A stretch of DNA of 64,000 nt from a bacterium (GTDB lineage Bacteria > Hinthialibacterota > Hinthialibacteria > Hinthialibacterales > Hinthialibacteraceae): NCBI GenBank assembly GCA_963663405.2, contig CAXXSM010000021.1, positions 32,001-96,000 on the forward strand, read 5' to 3'. Positions 30,397 through 40,590 of this stretch are shown in pieces. Under the pieces are notes generated by a model. It was given only the letters and a program-made list of their open reading frames with translations. It searched no databases and was not told the DNA's origin. The number at the start of each line of letters is the position of its first letter. The stretch's first letter is position 1. Made by a program: the position numbers and the translations under genes.

Positions 30397-30513
30397 GAAT
30401 TTCTGGCAGGCAGAAAATTCGATCTCGAATGTCCTGTTATTAAAAATGCCTCTTCATCTGAATTGATACGCCAATGCCCGTCCAGCTTACAATCCAGCAT
30501 GCCGAACCATATT

Positions 30514-31197
30514 CTAGTTTCCTTCTTTCCATTCACGCAGTAAATATTCCGGTATCCGGCCCAGAATGCCTTCCACTACACCGATGGCGTCTTCGAATTC
30601 TTTGATTGAGAATGTTCCGCTTCGGTAGACGAGGATCTCGCTGTCTTGGATATCGATGGTGAATGTGGGCGCCGAGAGGAGAAATTCCATCGTTTCTTGA
30701 TGGATGACATCGTAAGCCCAGCGTTTATCGGGGGATTGGACGTAAAATTTCCGGCTGAATTCGGAGGATTCGAAATCGATATCATCGTACCCAAAGAATT
30801 CCGTAACCCGGTCGAAAAATCCTTCGGGGCGGATAAATAATGGTTTGAGGGGGAGGCCTGAATTGATGATGACCGCGGAAAAATAGTGATTGTGTGTTTT
30901 GCGGTTCCCCTTCGAATCGGTTGAGTGAGTTTCGTAATGATAGTCGAACGCGAAAACGCCACGCTTATTCAGCCGGCCTTTCATCAAATTGTAACCATAC
31001 CGATTGGATCCCTGACGCAGGCAGGTAAATTTACCGTATCGGTCGTCCAGCGCATAATCGCTGCCGGGATCGAAGGTGAATCCCTTCGATTCACACCAGG
31101 CGGTCAGTTCCTTCCTCCGTTTTTGCGCTTGAATAACCCCAAAGACGATCCCGACGATCACAAGGGCAAAAAAGGCGAAAAAGATTAAAAATTCCAT
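30514..31197 (-). CDS. Hypothetical membrane-anchored protein
   Basis: N-terminal TM; DIDFESSEFSRKFYV motif; GGAGG upstream of ATG 31197. Confidence 0.75.
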   Translation of the reverse strand: MEFLIFFAFFALVIVGIVFGVIQAQKRRKELTAWCESKGFTFDPGSDYALDDRYGKFTCLRQGSNRYGYNLMKGRLNKRGVFAFDYHYETHSTDSKGNRKTHNHYFSAVIINSGLPLKPLFIRPEGFFDRVTEFFGYDDIDFESSEFSRKFYVQSPDKRWAYDVIHQETMEFLLSAPTFTIDIQDSEILVYRSGTFSIKEFEDAIGVVEGILGRIPEYLLREWKEGN

Positions 31198-31397
31198 TAA
31201 AAATACCTCCAATGACGCAGACTTGCCGCGCGTTTACCTCGACAGCCTACTGCCAGGTTCGTATGGATTCAAGGAAATGAGAATTGTGTGACAACCATTT
31301 CTTATTGCTTGCGCCTTGTTCTTCATTTTCGTATACTCATACAGAAGTCACAGGCTTGTATTAGAAGACAGGATTCTATTCCGCTTGAGGCGTTCTG

Positions 31398-32207
31398 ATG
31401 AATATGTATTCGATTGTCGCGTTGGCGTTTGGGCCGGGGGTGTTTTGGCTTTGGTATTTTTACAAAAAGGATAAGCTGGAACCGGAGCCGAAATCCTATA
31501 TTTTGAAAATCTTCTTTGCGGGGATGCTGGTGATTGTTCCTGTTTTAGCCGCTGAGTGTCTCTGCCATTGCGCCGCGAATTTTATTAGTCAATTTTCGAA
31601 TTTCTATCTCGTTGTTCTTATCGCGCCGATTGTCGAAGAATATGGGAAATTTTTTGTCGTCCGTAAAATGGTGTATCACGATCGGGAATTTGATGAACCG
31701 ATGGATGGAATCGTCTATGCGGCGGCGGCGGCGTTGGGTTTCGCTTCCGTCGAGAACCTGATGTATTTAACCGCGACGAATTTTTCGAGTGAGCCGGTTC
31801 CTGAACTAGGAAATGGGTCCGTCTACAACGCGGTGCTGACTCTCTCGTTTTTACGCGCTATTCTCTCTGTTCCCGCCCACGTGTTGTTTTCCAGCATGTG
31901 GGGGTATGCGTTGGGAGTGGCGAAATTTCTGCACGATCCGATCCGGGGCCGCCGATATATCCTTCATGGGTTGGTCCTCTCCATCGTCTTGCATGGTATA
32001 TTTAATTTTCTGATCTTATCGCATAAAACAACGGCGATTGTCTCCGCAATCCTGCTGTTAATCTTTCTCATGGCTGCCTGGCGTATGGTGCAGAGGCGGA
32101 TTGAGATCGCATTGCAGAATTCTCCCCACGCGGTCCCGTATCATAAACCGTTCGCGGATCTGAACGAGATGGATGAAGTGGAGACGGAAAACGAGAATCA
32201 CGAATAA
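31398..32207 (+). CDS. prsW: PrsW-family intramembrane glutamic protease
   Basis: EPEP, APIVEEYGK, FDEPMDGIVY, GFASVEN, and conserved His motifs (PAH, LHGIFN). Confidence 0.92.
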   Translation: MNMYSIVALAFGPGVFWLWYFYKKDKLEPEPKSYILKIFFAGMLVIVPVLAAECLCHCAANFISQFSNFYLVVLIAPIVEEYGKFFVVRKMVYHDREFDEPMDGIVYAAAAALGFASVENLMYLTATNFSSEPVPELGNGSVYNAVLTLSFLRAILSVPAHVLFSSMWGYALGVAKFLHDPIRGRRYILHGLVLSIVLHGIFNFLILSHKTTAIVSAILLLIFLMAAWRMVQRRIEIALQNSPHAVPYHKPFADLNEMDEVETENENHE

Positions 32208-32228
32208 CAGTTTTGCAGTTCGAATTCG

Positions 32229-34055
32229 TTATTGATTGTTCATATACGGCGCCATGACGCGGTAGGTGCGGGTCAACGTTTCAATTTCCTGCAAGTAATG
32301 CGATTGGTTCCCGGCTTCGACCATCTGATCCATGAGATGATAGATTTTTCGGAGAGCCCATTCACGCGCGATCTCGTAGGTGGCGTTATCGATATCTGGA
32401 ACCGGCAGTTCGAAGACGAATTCTTTCTGCTCGTCAAAAGCTTCCCCGACCACGCGCACGGATATTTTCTTTTCATCTTTCAACCGTCCCCATAGCTGGA
32501 GTTCCCCTTTCATGTATAGATCGGGCAGTTGCTTGGGATAAATCTCATCTGGATCGACGGTGACGAAATCCGCTTGAATCCGCAGGAGCACAGGATCTTC
32601 GATATAGCCGTAAACGGCTTGAATGTGGGGGGATAGTTCATCCCGGTCGCGCTCGAATAACGTCCGGCCCCGGTTGCGGTGCGCGAGCATGTCGAGAAGG
32701 TACCGGTTCAATTTTTCGCCCGTGCCGATACAAAAGATCGACGTGCTGGGACCCCGGTAGCGGCTCAAATTGCTGATGATATTCTTGCTGTTTACATCCC
32801 CGGCGGTGGGCCGTCCATCGCTGAATAGCAGCATGATGAGTGGCCGCGCTCTCTCCGTCCCTAATTGGACCAGCGGCTCAAGCGATTTATAAATGTCTGT
32901 CCGTCCGGATGCGCGAAGAGGGCGGATGAAATCCCACGCGCTTTCTACATTCCCCGGCGTCGCCTCAACAAACGTGTCAGTGAATTTCTGGACGGATTGT
33001 TTGAAACCGACGACGTTGAACCGGTCGCCTGGCCGGAGACGTTCAAGAATATTGTGGATTTCTTTTTTCACGACATTGATACGCAGACGGCCCATACTCG
33101 CCGACGCGTCCAGAACCAGAACGATATCTTTCGGAAGAATTTGGAGCCGTTCGTCCGTCGTCTGGGGGCGGATGCGAATCATGAAATATCCCTCGCCACC
33201 GACATGATGATACGTGAAAAGATCAATCCGGATCAAATCATCCAGCTGGATAAAACGGTCTTGAATTTTTTGAATGGCGATCTGTTCATTCCGCAGTGTC
33301 GTTTGTATGGGGCTGGGACGAATGAGATCGGGGGAAGGAAGCAGTTCCGTAACCGGGGGCAGTTCAATGGGTGGTTCTTCCAATTCCAGTTTGGGAACGG
33401 ATGGCGCAAGGTCCGGTTTTAGCGCCACACTGATCGTCCGGGAAGCGATGGGATTCTCATCAAGAACCGGCGCGGGCAAATCCGATAGGATCCGCGCCGC
33501 CCGGCCTGTACCCCGGCCGGTCAGGGCGATGCGTTTGGACTCTACTTCGCCGTTATCTACATCTTGGCCGGAACGTTCCTCGAATTCACCGACCGCGTTA
33601 TCGCCGGAATCTGTTGTGATCAGGTTATTCGCCGCCTGATCGTCGACGAACATATCTTCGTCTTTCACATCATCAAGTGACGGTGGCGCGTCTCCGGTTC
33701 GCAGGTCAGGAGAAAGCGCGGACAGCGTTGATTCCGCTGATCGCTCAGGAAGCGCGGCGAGTGTCCGCATCTGCTCGTTGAGAGCGCGTTCCCGTTCAAT
33801 TTGTAATTGTTCCTGCGTAGGGCGGGAGATGAAATTGCGGGATTCAAGGTCCGCGAGCCGTACATTAAACAAAGTTTCCACTTCTTTTTCGATCGTATGA
33901 ATCGCGGCGGCCTGCCAATTCTGAGAAAGGTAAATAAACAGCAAATGAACAAGCAGAGACAAACCAATCGCGGCGGCCGCGTAAAGGTCGATCCGCCGGT
34001 TCGCCCATAAAAAGGCTGGTTGATTTTTGGAAGATGTTCCGCTTGCCTGAGCCAT
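32229..34055 (-). CDS. Membrane-anchored VWA-domain protein with long Pro/acidic linker
   Basis: N-terminal TM with SxxxH (SLLVH), low-complexity linker, DASAS MIDAS-like motif, FSDG, IYPKQLPDLY. Confidence 0.85.
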   Translation of the reverse strand: MAQASGTSSKNQPAFLWANRRIDLYAAAAIGLSLLVHLLFIYLSQNWQAAAIHTIEKEVETLFNVRLADLESRNFISRPTQEQLQIERERALNEQMRTLAALPERSAESTLSALSPDLRTGDAPPSLDDVKDEDMFVDDQAANNLITTDSGDNAVGEFEERSGQDVDNGEVESKRIALTGRGTGRAARILSDLPAPVLDENPIASRTISVALKPDLAPSVPKLELEEPPIELPPVTELLPSPDLIRPSPIQTTLRNEQIAIQKIQDRFIQLDDLIRIDLFTYHHVGGEGYFMIRIRPQTTDERLQILPKDIVLVLDASASMGRLRINVVKKEIHNILERLRPGDRFNVVGFKQSVQKFTDTFVEATPGNVESAWDFIRPLRASGRTDIYKSLEPLVQLGTERARPLIMLLFSDGRPTAGDVNSKNIISNLSRYRGPSTSIFCIGTGEKLNRYLLDMLAHRNRGRTLFERDRDELSPHIQAVYGYIEDPVLLRIQADFVTVDPDEIYPKQLPDLYMKGELQLWGRLKDEKKISVRVVGEAFDEQKEFVFELPVPDIDNATYEIAREWALRKIYHLMDQMVEAGNQSHYLQEIETLTRTYRVMAPYMNNQ

Positions 34056-34143
34056 TGTGACTGTCCGTCTGCGTTTACTGATGTTACAAAGATTCAACAA
34101 ATAATCCGTTAATTTACAGAGAAAATAATAGATGGGTCTTTCT

Positions 34144-34275
34144 TTGTCTGAATCTGGATAGCCTGGATTAAAGGATATCCAGGATGTGAATTAATCACTG
34201 CGATGGAATTTATAATTGAATGCCGATATAAAAATCCTGATCATCCTTTTATCTTGAGCATCCTGATTCAGACAA
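34144..34275. repeat. Palindromic intergenic element (MITE/REP-like)
   Basis: TTGTCTGAATCTGGAT...ATCCTGATTCAGACAA imperfect terminal inverted repeats, with internal GGAT/ATCC sub-repeats. Confidence 0.65.
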
Positions 34276-34418
34276 TAAAATTCTCAGCCGGTCAATTTAC
34301 GTAACATCAGTTAATTATTTGCTATATGTTTAGTCATAAAAGACTGACTATATTGGTACATCCAGCTTTATCCCTAGGATATCTCTGAATCTTGGGTGGT
34401 TGGTGATCGTTTTCAAGA

Positions 34419-36923
34419 TTAATCCTGCTTCTTCTCATCGCCATCATCCGAAATAAATCGTTCCGCGAATTCTAGTTGGGCTTTTTTATACCATTTTGAT
34501 TGTTCGTATCGTTCTTCCAATTCGTTATAAATCGTCAGCGCTTCCGCTTTTTCTCCGACGGCGAAGTGACAGGCGATGCAGTGGTACATCGCTTCCGGCG
34601 TCAGTTCAGGATGATCGAAGATGATCGCGACGCGCAGGAACGATTCCAGCGCGTCTTCATATCGTTCCATCTGTTGCAGCAGCCGTCCGCGATCCGTGTA
34701 TAGAGCGGCTTCGAATGTCATATCGGGATTCCCCAGTTTCTGCATTTCAAGGAGACTCGATTCGTACAAGCGGAGGGCTTCCTCCTGTTTCCCGATTCCT
34801 TCATTCGCTTTGGCGCTGGTCCAGAGGATCTCCGGTTTGAACTTGCTGTCCGGAAATTGTTTGAGGAAGATTTCCGCGTTCTCGAGCGTTTCATCCCATC
34901 GTTTTAACGCCACGAGTTGATTGCCTCTTGCGATGCGGGCGCGTTCGAGAATGGGAGGCGCGTCGAATACCGTGAGAATGCGCTCGCAGATTTGCAGCGC
35001 GTCTTCCGTATCCCCTTGATCGGCGGCGTATAGCACCATCCAAAAGATCACTTCGGAAGGCAGCTTCGCGCCGGTTGGTGTTTTTAAAATCGCATGGAAA
35101 TCCGCGAACGCGCTGGGATAGTTCTTCTCCTGGTAATCACAAAGCGCTTTGCGCAGGCGGATTTCATCGCGATTGGGAAAATTGGGATATTCTTTCAGCA
35201 ACCGTTCATACGTTTCCGCCGCGCGTTTCCGGTCTTGTTGAATCTCAAACAAGTACGCGGTCCAATAGAGCGCCTCGCCCTTTTTTTCGCTGGATTCCGC
35301 TTTGAGAATTCGATCGAGTTCCGCCAGCGCTTCTTTATATTGTTTGAGTTGATAATGCGCGAGGGCTTTCCGGTAGATGAAATCCTCCCGCTTGTCTATC
35401 GCAGGAAATGTGTCGAGAAGAAGGGTGGTCATTTCGATCGCTTTGGAGTAATTCTTCGCGGCGAAGAACGCGTTGACCGCCCAGGAAAGCGCGTCCGCCG
35501 CATTGTTGGAATTGGGATAGGTCTTATAACTCCGCTCAAACAAGGCCGCGCTCTCTTCGTAGCGTTGTAAGCGGTAAAGCGCGTCCGCCCCTTCAAACAG
35601 CGCTTCTTCGGCGTAATCGCTTTTTGGGTCCAATTCGAGGACGAACTGCATTTCCGTATACGCGCGTTCGAACTGTTCAAGTTGGGCGAGTGTTTTCCCC
35701 ATCAGGTAATGAAGATTCGCGCTCATCGATGTGGCTAGAGGCTGCTTGAGGAGGTTCTGACTTTCCCGCAGCGCGCGGGGGTATTGTTCGCTTAAATAAT
35801 AGGACCAGGCGAGCTGGTACCAGCCACGGTCGCGGTATTCCCCCGCGTTCGGATCGGCGATCACTTCGCGGAAATACCGGATCGCTTCGTCATACTGGTT
35901 CTGTTGATAGGCGCAGGTTCCCTGCAAAAAGAGAATCCCTGCGGCGAGATCGGGGGGAAGTGATTGACGCTGAAGCGTTTTAGCGATCTCCAAAGCTTTG
36001 GCGAATTCCCGGCGCCGGTACTGCGCCCAGGCGGCGCCATATTTCGCTTTCGCGATGTTTTCGCCACTGGGAGACGTGGCGATATACGCTTCATACGCTT
36101 TCGCGGCCTCAGCGAATTTATCCATCCGGTAAAGAGTCTGCGCGGCGCGCAGCTGCGCGTCTTCAATCAGCGTGGAATCTTCGGGGATTGTATACTGGCT
36201 GGGATTTTGCCAGAGGTTATTCAAGATTTCCGCCGCTTCTTGATTCCGATCCGATGCGAGAAGCAGTTCCGCCAGAAGGTAGGCCGAGAATGCGGCGTAT
36301 TCACTGTCTTTATAGGACTTGAGTATCTGACGGTACCGTTTTTCGGCGTCTTGGTTTTGATTCAGTTTTTCATGGCTGCGCGCCGCGTAAAAAATCGCGG
36401 CGGCGAGCAGGGATTGATCCTTTGATTCTTGGATGACCCGCAGCAGCGAGGGAAGACCGTCTCCCGCCGTGTCGAGTTTATAACAGATTTCTCCATGCCG
36501 CAGCAGGGCGTCATGGATCTTCTCCCCATCCGGCGCTGTTTTGATCAAATCTTGAAAGCACTGTCTGGCTTGGATCAACGCGACATTGGATTGGACGGAA
36601 CTAATTTTCGCTAGGGAAATCGAGTGTTGGTATAGTGATTCCCCCCGCCGGAATAGAGCGATTTGACGTTTTTGACTAGTAGGATATTTGTCAAGAAAAT
36701 TCGCGTATTGCTTCGCGGCGGTTTCATACATTTTCCGCTGATAGAGTCCGTCGGCGAAATCAAGGTCCAATTGTTCCTGCGTTGGCGACGTGGCCGCCAC
36801 ACCGGTTGTGGGAAGGGCAATATAAACCGCGCAAAAAATCAGCGCAATGCAGAAAATTCGATGGCATGCGCTGGAGAGCCACTTTGCGCGCTCTGAGAAT
36901 ATTGTGATTTCTGGTCTCCTCAT
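34419..36923 (-). CDS. Exported tetratricopeptide-repeat protein
   Basis: Signal-like N-terminus; many TPR units with YP-turns (e.g. FLDKYPTS, LLKEYPNF). Confidence 0.9.
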   Translation of the reverse strand: MRRPEITIFSERAKWLSSACHRIFCIALIFCAVYIALPTTGVAATSPTQEQLDLDFADGLYQRKMYETAAKQYANFLDKYPTSQKRQIALFRRGESLYQHSISLAKISSVQSNVALIQARQCFQDLIKTAPDGEKIHDALLRHGEICYKLDTAGDGLPSLLRVIQESKDQSLLAAAIFYAARSHEKLNQNQDAEKRYRQILKSYKDSEYAAFSAYLLAELLLASDRNQEAAEILNNLWQNPSQYTIPEDSTLIEDAQLRAAQTLYRMDKFAEAAKAYEAYIATSPSGENIAKAKYGAAWAQYRRREFAKALEIAKTLQRQSLPPDLAAGILFLQGTCAYQQNQYDEAIRYFREVIADPNAGEYRDRGWYQLAWSYYLSEQYPRALRESQNLLKQPLATSMSANLHYLMGKTLAQLEQFERAYTEMQFVLELDPKSDYAEEALFEGADALYRLQRYEESAALFERSYKTYPNSNNAADALSWAVNAFFAAKNYSKAIEMTTLLLDTFPAIDKREDFIYRKALAHYQLKQYKEALAELDRILKAESSEKKGEALYWTAYLFEIQQDRKRAAETYERLLKEYPNFPNRDEIRLRKALCDYQEKNYPSAFADFHAILKTPTGAKLPSEVIFWMVLYAADQGDTEDALQICERILTVFDAPPILERARIARGNQLVALKRWDETLENAEIFLKQFPDSKFKPEILWTSAKANEGIGKQEEALRLYESSLLEMQKLGNPDMTFEAALYTDRGRLLQQMERYEDALESFLRVAIIFDHPELTPEAMYHCIACHFAVGEKAEALTIYNELEERYEQSKWYKKAQLEFAERFISDDGDEKKQD

Positions 36924-36979
36924 TATGACACTTCCAACTTTTTTAATCGTAATCGAACTAAATTGCTACCACTATCTTC

Positions 36980-37423
36980 CTACTCTGATTTAGAAGAAGC
37001 CGATTCGCCTTCCTCCGGTGGCAGAGCCGCGAAAGAGACGTTCCAAACACCGGATTTGGCGCAGGCGTCCAGGATGTCGATCGCCTGCTCCAAATAGGCT
37101 TTTTTGTCCCCACGGATAATAACGGATTGATCGGGATATTGTTTCGCAATGCGCCGCAATAACATCTTCAATTGATCTAGAGTTACTTGGCGTTGGTTGA
37201 TGACAATCGTTCCATCCAGTTTCACATTGACGATCAATTCCCCAAGCGAGCGCTGTGGCGGCGTGGCCGATTCCGCCGTTGGGACGGTGATGGAGATTTC
37301 ATTCTCTAATCGCGCGAAGACCGATGTGGTGATGAAAAAGATCAATAAGAGAAAGATAATATCCAACATCGGTGTCATGGGGATATTCGGATCTTCTTGG
37401 GATGTGCGGGATAGGAATTTCAT
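36980..37423 (-). CDS. exbD: Biopolymer transport protein ExbD/TolR
   Basis: MTPMLDIIFLLLIFF TM with conserved Asp; VIIRGDK. Confidence 0.92.
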   Translation of the reverse strand: MKFLSRTSQEDPNIPMTPMLDIIFLLLIFFITTSVFARLENEISITVPTAESATPPQRSLGELIVNVKLDGTIVINQRQVTLDQLKMLLRRIAKQYPDQSVIIRGDKKAYLEQAIDILDACAKSGVWNVSFAALPPEEGESASSKSE

Positions 37424-37437
37424 AGCAGTAACTCGTT

Positions 37438-38241
37438 TTATTTCTTCCGGGTTTTCTTGTCGCTGATATGCTCCGCGATTTCAACGGCGATCTCTTCCAT
37501 GCGTCCGATGATGGTCTGCATACGTCCCCGGAAGTAGAAAAAGAACGCCATGCAGGGAATCGCCACGATCAGACCGGCGGCGGTTGTGACCAACGCCTGG
37601 GCGACCGCGCTCGCAAGAGCGACCGGTTTCACCGCGCTGATATCAAACGCGATGAAATTGAACGCTTTGATCATCCCCAGCACCGTGCCGAGGATCCCCA
37701 GCATGGGAGCGACGGTCGCGATTTCGGACAGATACCGCACTTGGCGCATGAGGCGTTCCCCCTCCCGCAGACCTACGGATTCCATCGTCGATGAAACCGC
37801 TGAGGGATCGGAGATACGGCGGTTCATTCCAGCGAAGATCACTTTGGCGAGCATACCTTCATTGCGCCGGGTCAGCCGGAAGATATCTTCGAAACGCCCT
37901 TCTCTAAGGTAGTGCCGGATCTGTCTCACGAGTTCTTCGGGAATCAATTTTTTATCATTCAGCGTCAGGCTGAAATAAATCACCAACGCCAGCGCCAAAA
38001 TGGAGAGCAAAAAGATCAGAACCATCACCCAGCCCCCCGCTACGAGCAGATCGTAGAGCGTCATCCCAGCTTGTTCTTCTCCAGTCATCGCATCGATGAA
38101 AGTCGAGTCCGCGATCGACGCGGAAGCGCTCTGGGGTGAAGAGCGGGTCTGCGCTTCCGTTTCCATTATTCCAATCGCGGCGATCAACAAACAGACCATC
38201 GCGAGCCGGCGCCAATAGAGGTTGCGATTCATTTGAGTCAT
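37438..38241 (-). CDS. exbB: MotA/TolQ/ExbB proton channel protein
   Basis: APMLGILGTVLGMIKAF and ALVTTAAGLIVAIP motifs. Confidence 0.93.
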   Translation of the reverse strand: MTQMNRNLYWRRLAMVCLLIAAIGIMETEAQTRSSPQSASASIADSTFIDAMTGEEQAGMTLYDLLVAGGWVMVLIFLLSILALALVIYFSLTLNDKKLIPEELVRQIRHYLREGRFEDIFRLTRRNEGMLAKVIFAGMNRRISDPSAVSSTMESVGLREGERLMRQVRYLSEIATVAPMLGILGTVLGMIKAFNFIAFDISAVKPVALASAVAQALVTTAAGLIVAIPCMAFFFYFRGRMQTIIGRMEEIAVEIAEHISDKKTRKK

Positions 38242-38491
38242 CCGGTTTCTATCCTCCGAACGGCAATATCGTCATAGACGAAACAATAGGATAGTAATAT
38301 AGAACTACGGAAAGGACAATAGTCTACCACAGTTTTGACGAATGTTGAGGAGTTTCTATTCAATGATGGGAGAAGAAGTAATCTTTAAAAGAATAGTGTA
38401 CCCTTTGCGTCTTCTATTCGTTAAATACAATGAAGGGAGGATATTTGATTCCACCTTGCGCAACCGGTGATGGACGCCCCTCGAAAACACT

Positions 38492-39904
38492 ATGAACGCG
38501 CGAATTTTACTTGTTGAAGACGACCAGCGGTACGCCGCCCGGTTGAAAAAGAATCTGGCTTTGGAAGGCTATGACGTGATCCTGGCGTCTTCCGGCGAGG
38601 AGGGGATCGAACTGTATGGCCGCGAACCGGTCGATTTAGTATTGTCGGATATTAAAATGCCGGGCATGAGCGGGATGGATCTGCTCAAACAGATCGGCGC
38701 CCAACACGATGGGGGGGAGCATGAAGTTCCCGTCGTATTGCTGACCTCCGTGGATACAGCCCGCATGGCGGTCGAAGCGATGAAAGCGGGCGCGGCGGAT
38801 TACATCACGAAAGACGCCGACCGGGTGGAAATCCTGCTGCGGATTGAAAAAGTCCTGGCGGAAGCGCGGATCCGCGCGGAGAACCGCCTCCTGCGCAGCC
38901 GTATCCAAGATGTCGGAGAATTTGGACGCACAATTGCTGAAGATCCGAAATCGATTACATTGCTTCAAGAAATTGACACCATCGCCGATTCAGGCGCGAA
39001 TATTTTAATTATCGGTGAAACCGGTGTGGGGAAGGAATTGATAGCCCGCTGCGTGCATCAAAAAAGCCCCCGGTCCGATAAACCGTTCATCGATCAAAAC
39101 TGCGCCGCCATCCCCACAGACAACCTTTTTCAATCTGAGATCTTCGGCCATGAAAAAGGCGCGTTTACCGGCGCCATCAACCGCAAACTGGGAAAGTTGG
39201 AACTGGCCGATGGCGGAATTCTCTTTCTCGATGAAATCGGTGACATGCCGCTGGAAAGCCAAGGTAAAATCCTGCGCGCCTTGGAGACACAAGAATTCGA
39301 ACGGGTGGGGGGAACGCGCAAAATCCGCGTTGATATTGCGATCATCGCGGCGACGAATAAAGACCTGCAATTCGAAGTGCGGGAAGGCCGGTTCCGGCAG
39401 GATCTCTTGTACCGGCTCGATATTATCCGGCTGCAAATCCCCTCCTTGCGGGAACGGCCGGGGGATATCATCGCCTTGGCAAATCATTTCCTGGACCAAT
39501 ATACGCGCAAATACCGGCGTCCCCTGCCTGTGATTACAGAGGAAGCCCGCGCGTTTTTTGAGCGTTACCCCTGGCCGGGCAATGTCCGGGAATTGAAAAA
39601 TTTCATCGAACGTATTGTGATCCGGAACCGGGATTGTGAAGCGATCGATCCAGCGCTGCTGCAGCGGGAAGGGCTTTCATTAGAGAACGGCGCATTACTC
39701 TCTACTGGAGGAACAGAGGTGGAGGATGAGATGCCATCGCTGGAAGAGATCGAACGCCGCGCTATCGTCGCCGCGCTGGAAAAAGCAAATTGGGTGCAAA
39801 GCGAAGCGGCAAGAATGCTCGATATTTCCCCCGATCGTATGCACGCGCGCGTAAAAAAATATAAACTGCAGCATCCATCATGGCGCGCGCGAAAAGCGAA
39901 ATAG
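38492..39904 (+). CDS. Sigma-54-dependent response regulator (NtrC family)
   Basis: REC domain (LSDIKMP), GETGVGKE, GAFTGA, FLDEIG, WPGNVREL, C-terminal Fis-type HTH. Confidence 0.95.
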   Translation: MNARILLVEDDQRYAARLKKNLALEGYDVILASSGEEGIELYGREPVDLVLSDIKMPGMSGMDLLKQIGAQHDGGEHEVPVVLLTSVDTARMAVEAMKAGAADYITKDADRVEILLRIEKVLAEARIRAENRLLRSRIQDVGEFGRTIAEDPKSITLLQEIDTIADSGANILIIGETGVGKELIARCVHQKSPRSDKPFIDQNCAAIPTDNLFQSEIFGHEKGAFTGAINRKLGKLELADGGILFLDEIGDMPLESQGKILRALETQEFERVGGTRKIRVDIAIIAATNKDLQFEVREGRFRQDLLYRLDIIRLQIPSLRERPGDIIALANHFLDQYTRKYRRPLPVITEEARAFFERYPWPGNVRELKNFIERIVIRNRDCEAIDPALLQREGLSLENGALLSTGGTEVEDEMPSLEEIERRAIVAALEKANWVQSEAARMLDISPDRMHARVKKYKLQHPSWRARKAK

Positions 39905-39918
39905 ATAGGGGAGTAGTT

Positions 39919-40530
39919 ATGAAAAAACGTGGATTTACCTTAATTGAACTGTTAATCGTTGTTGCGATCATTGGTATCTTGGCGGCGATCGCTGTGCCAA
40001 ATTTTCTCAATGCGCAAGTGCGCGCCAAATTATCCCGCGTCATGGCTGATATGAGAAACCTCAGCACGGCGATCGAAATGTACAGCTTCGATAATGGCCG
40101 CTCGCCGGTTGGTTCACTCGAAGGAGTCTCCTTAGGTTTGTGGACATCTGAAATGCGGAGGGCGTTGAAACAATTGACCACCCCCGTTTCCTACATCGCT
40201 GCGCTGCCCAACGATCCATTCATGACGACCCAATACGGCACGTTGGAATCGGACACCGACCGGCGATGCTTTACATACAATTCTATGGAAAATCCCAATT
40301 GGCGGGCGGGGAATTACCAATACGCGTATGATGTGGGATTCACATGGTACATGTTCTCTCCCGGTCCCAGCAATTCCTACGGCGCCCCCTGGCCCGATTA
40401 TCTTCTGGCCGCCAACAATCCCAGCTACAGCGGTCAACCGGACAATCCTACAGACAGGGTCTTCGAAACCAGCAACGGCCTTACATCCGATGGGTGGATT
40501 ATCCGGTCAAATAAAGGCGCGTATCCTTGA
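39919..40530 (+). CDS. Prepilin-type (GspG-like) pseudopilin
   Basis: MKKRGFTLIELLIVVAIIGILAAIAVPNF; GGGGAG RBS. Confidence 0.92.
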   Translation: MKKRGFTLIELLIVVAIIGILAAIAVPNFLNAQVRAKLSRVMADMRNLSTAIEMYSFDNGRSPVGSLEGVSLGLWTSEMRRALKQLTTPVSYIAALPNDPFMTTQYGTLESDTDRRCFTYNSMENPNWRAGNYQYAYDVGFTWYMFSPGPSNSYGAPWPDYLLAANNPSYSGQPDNPTDRVFETSNGLTSDGWIIRSNKGAYP

Positions 40531-40590
40531 TCAGAAAATTATACGACAAAATCTTGCATCTCATTGGGAATAGGATGTTACTAGAATGGT

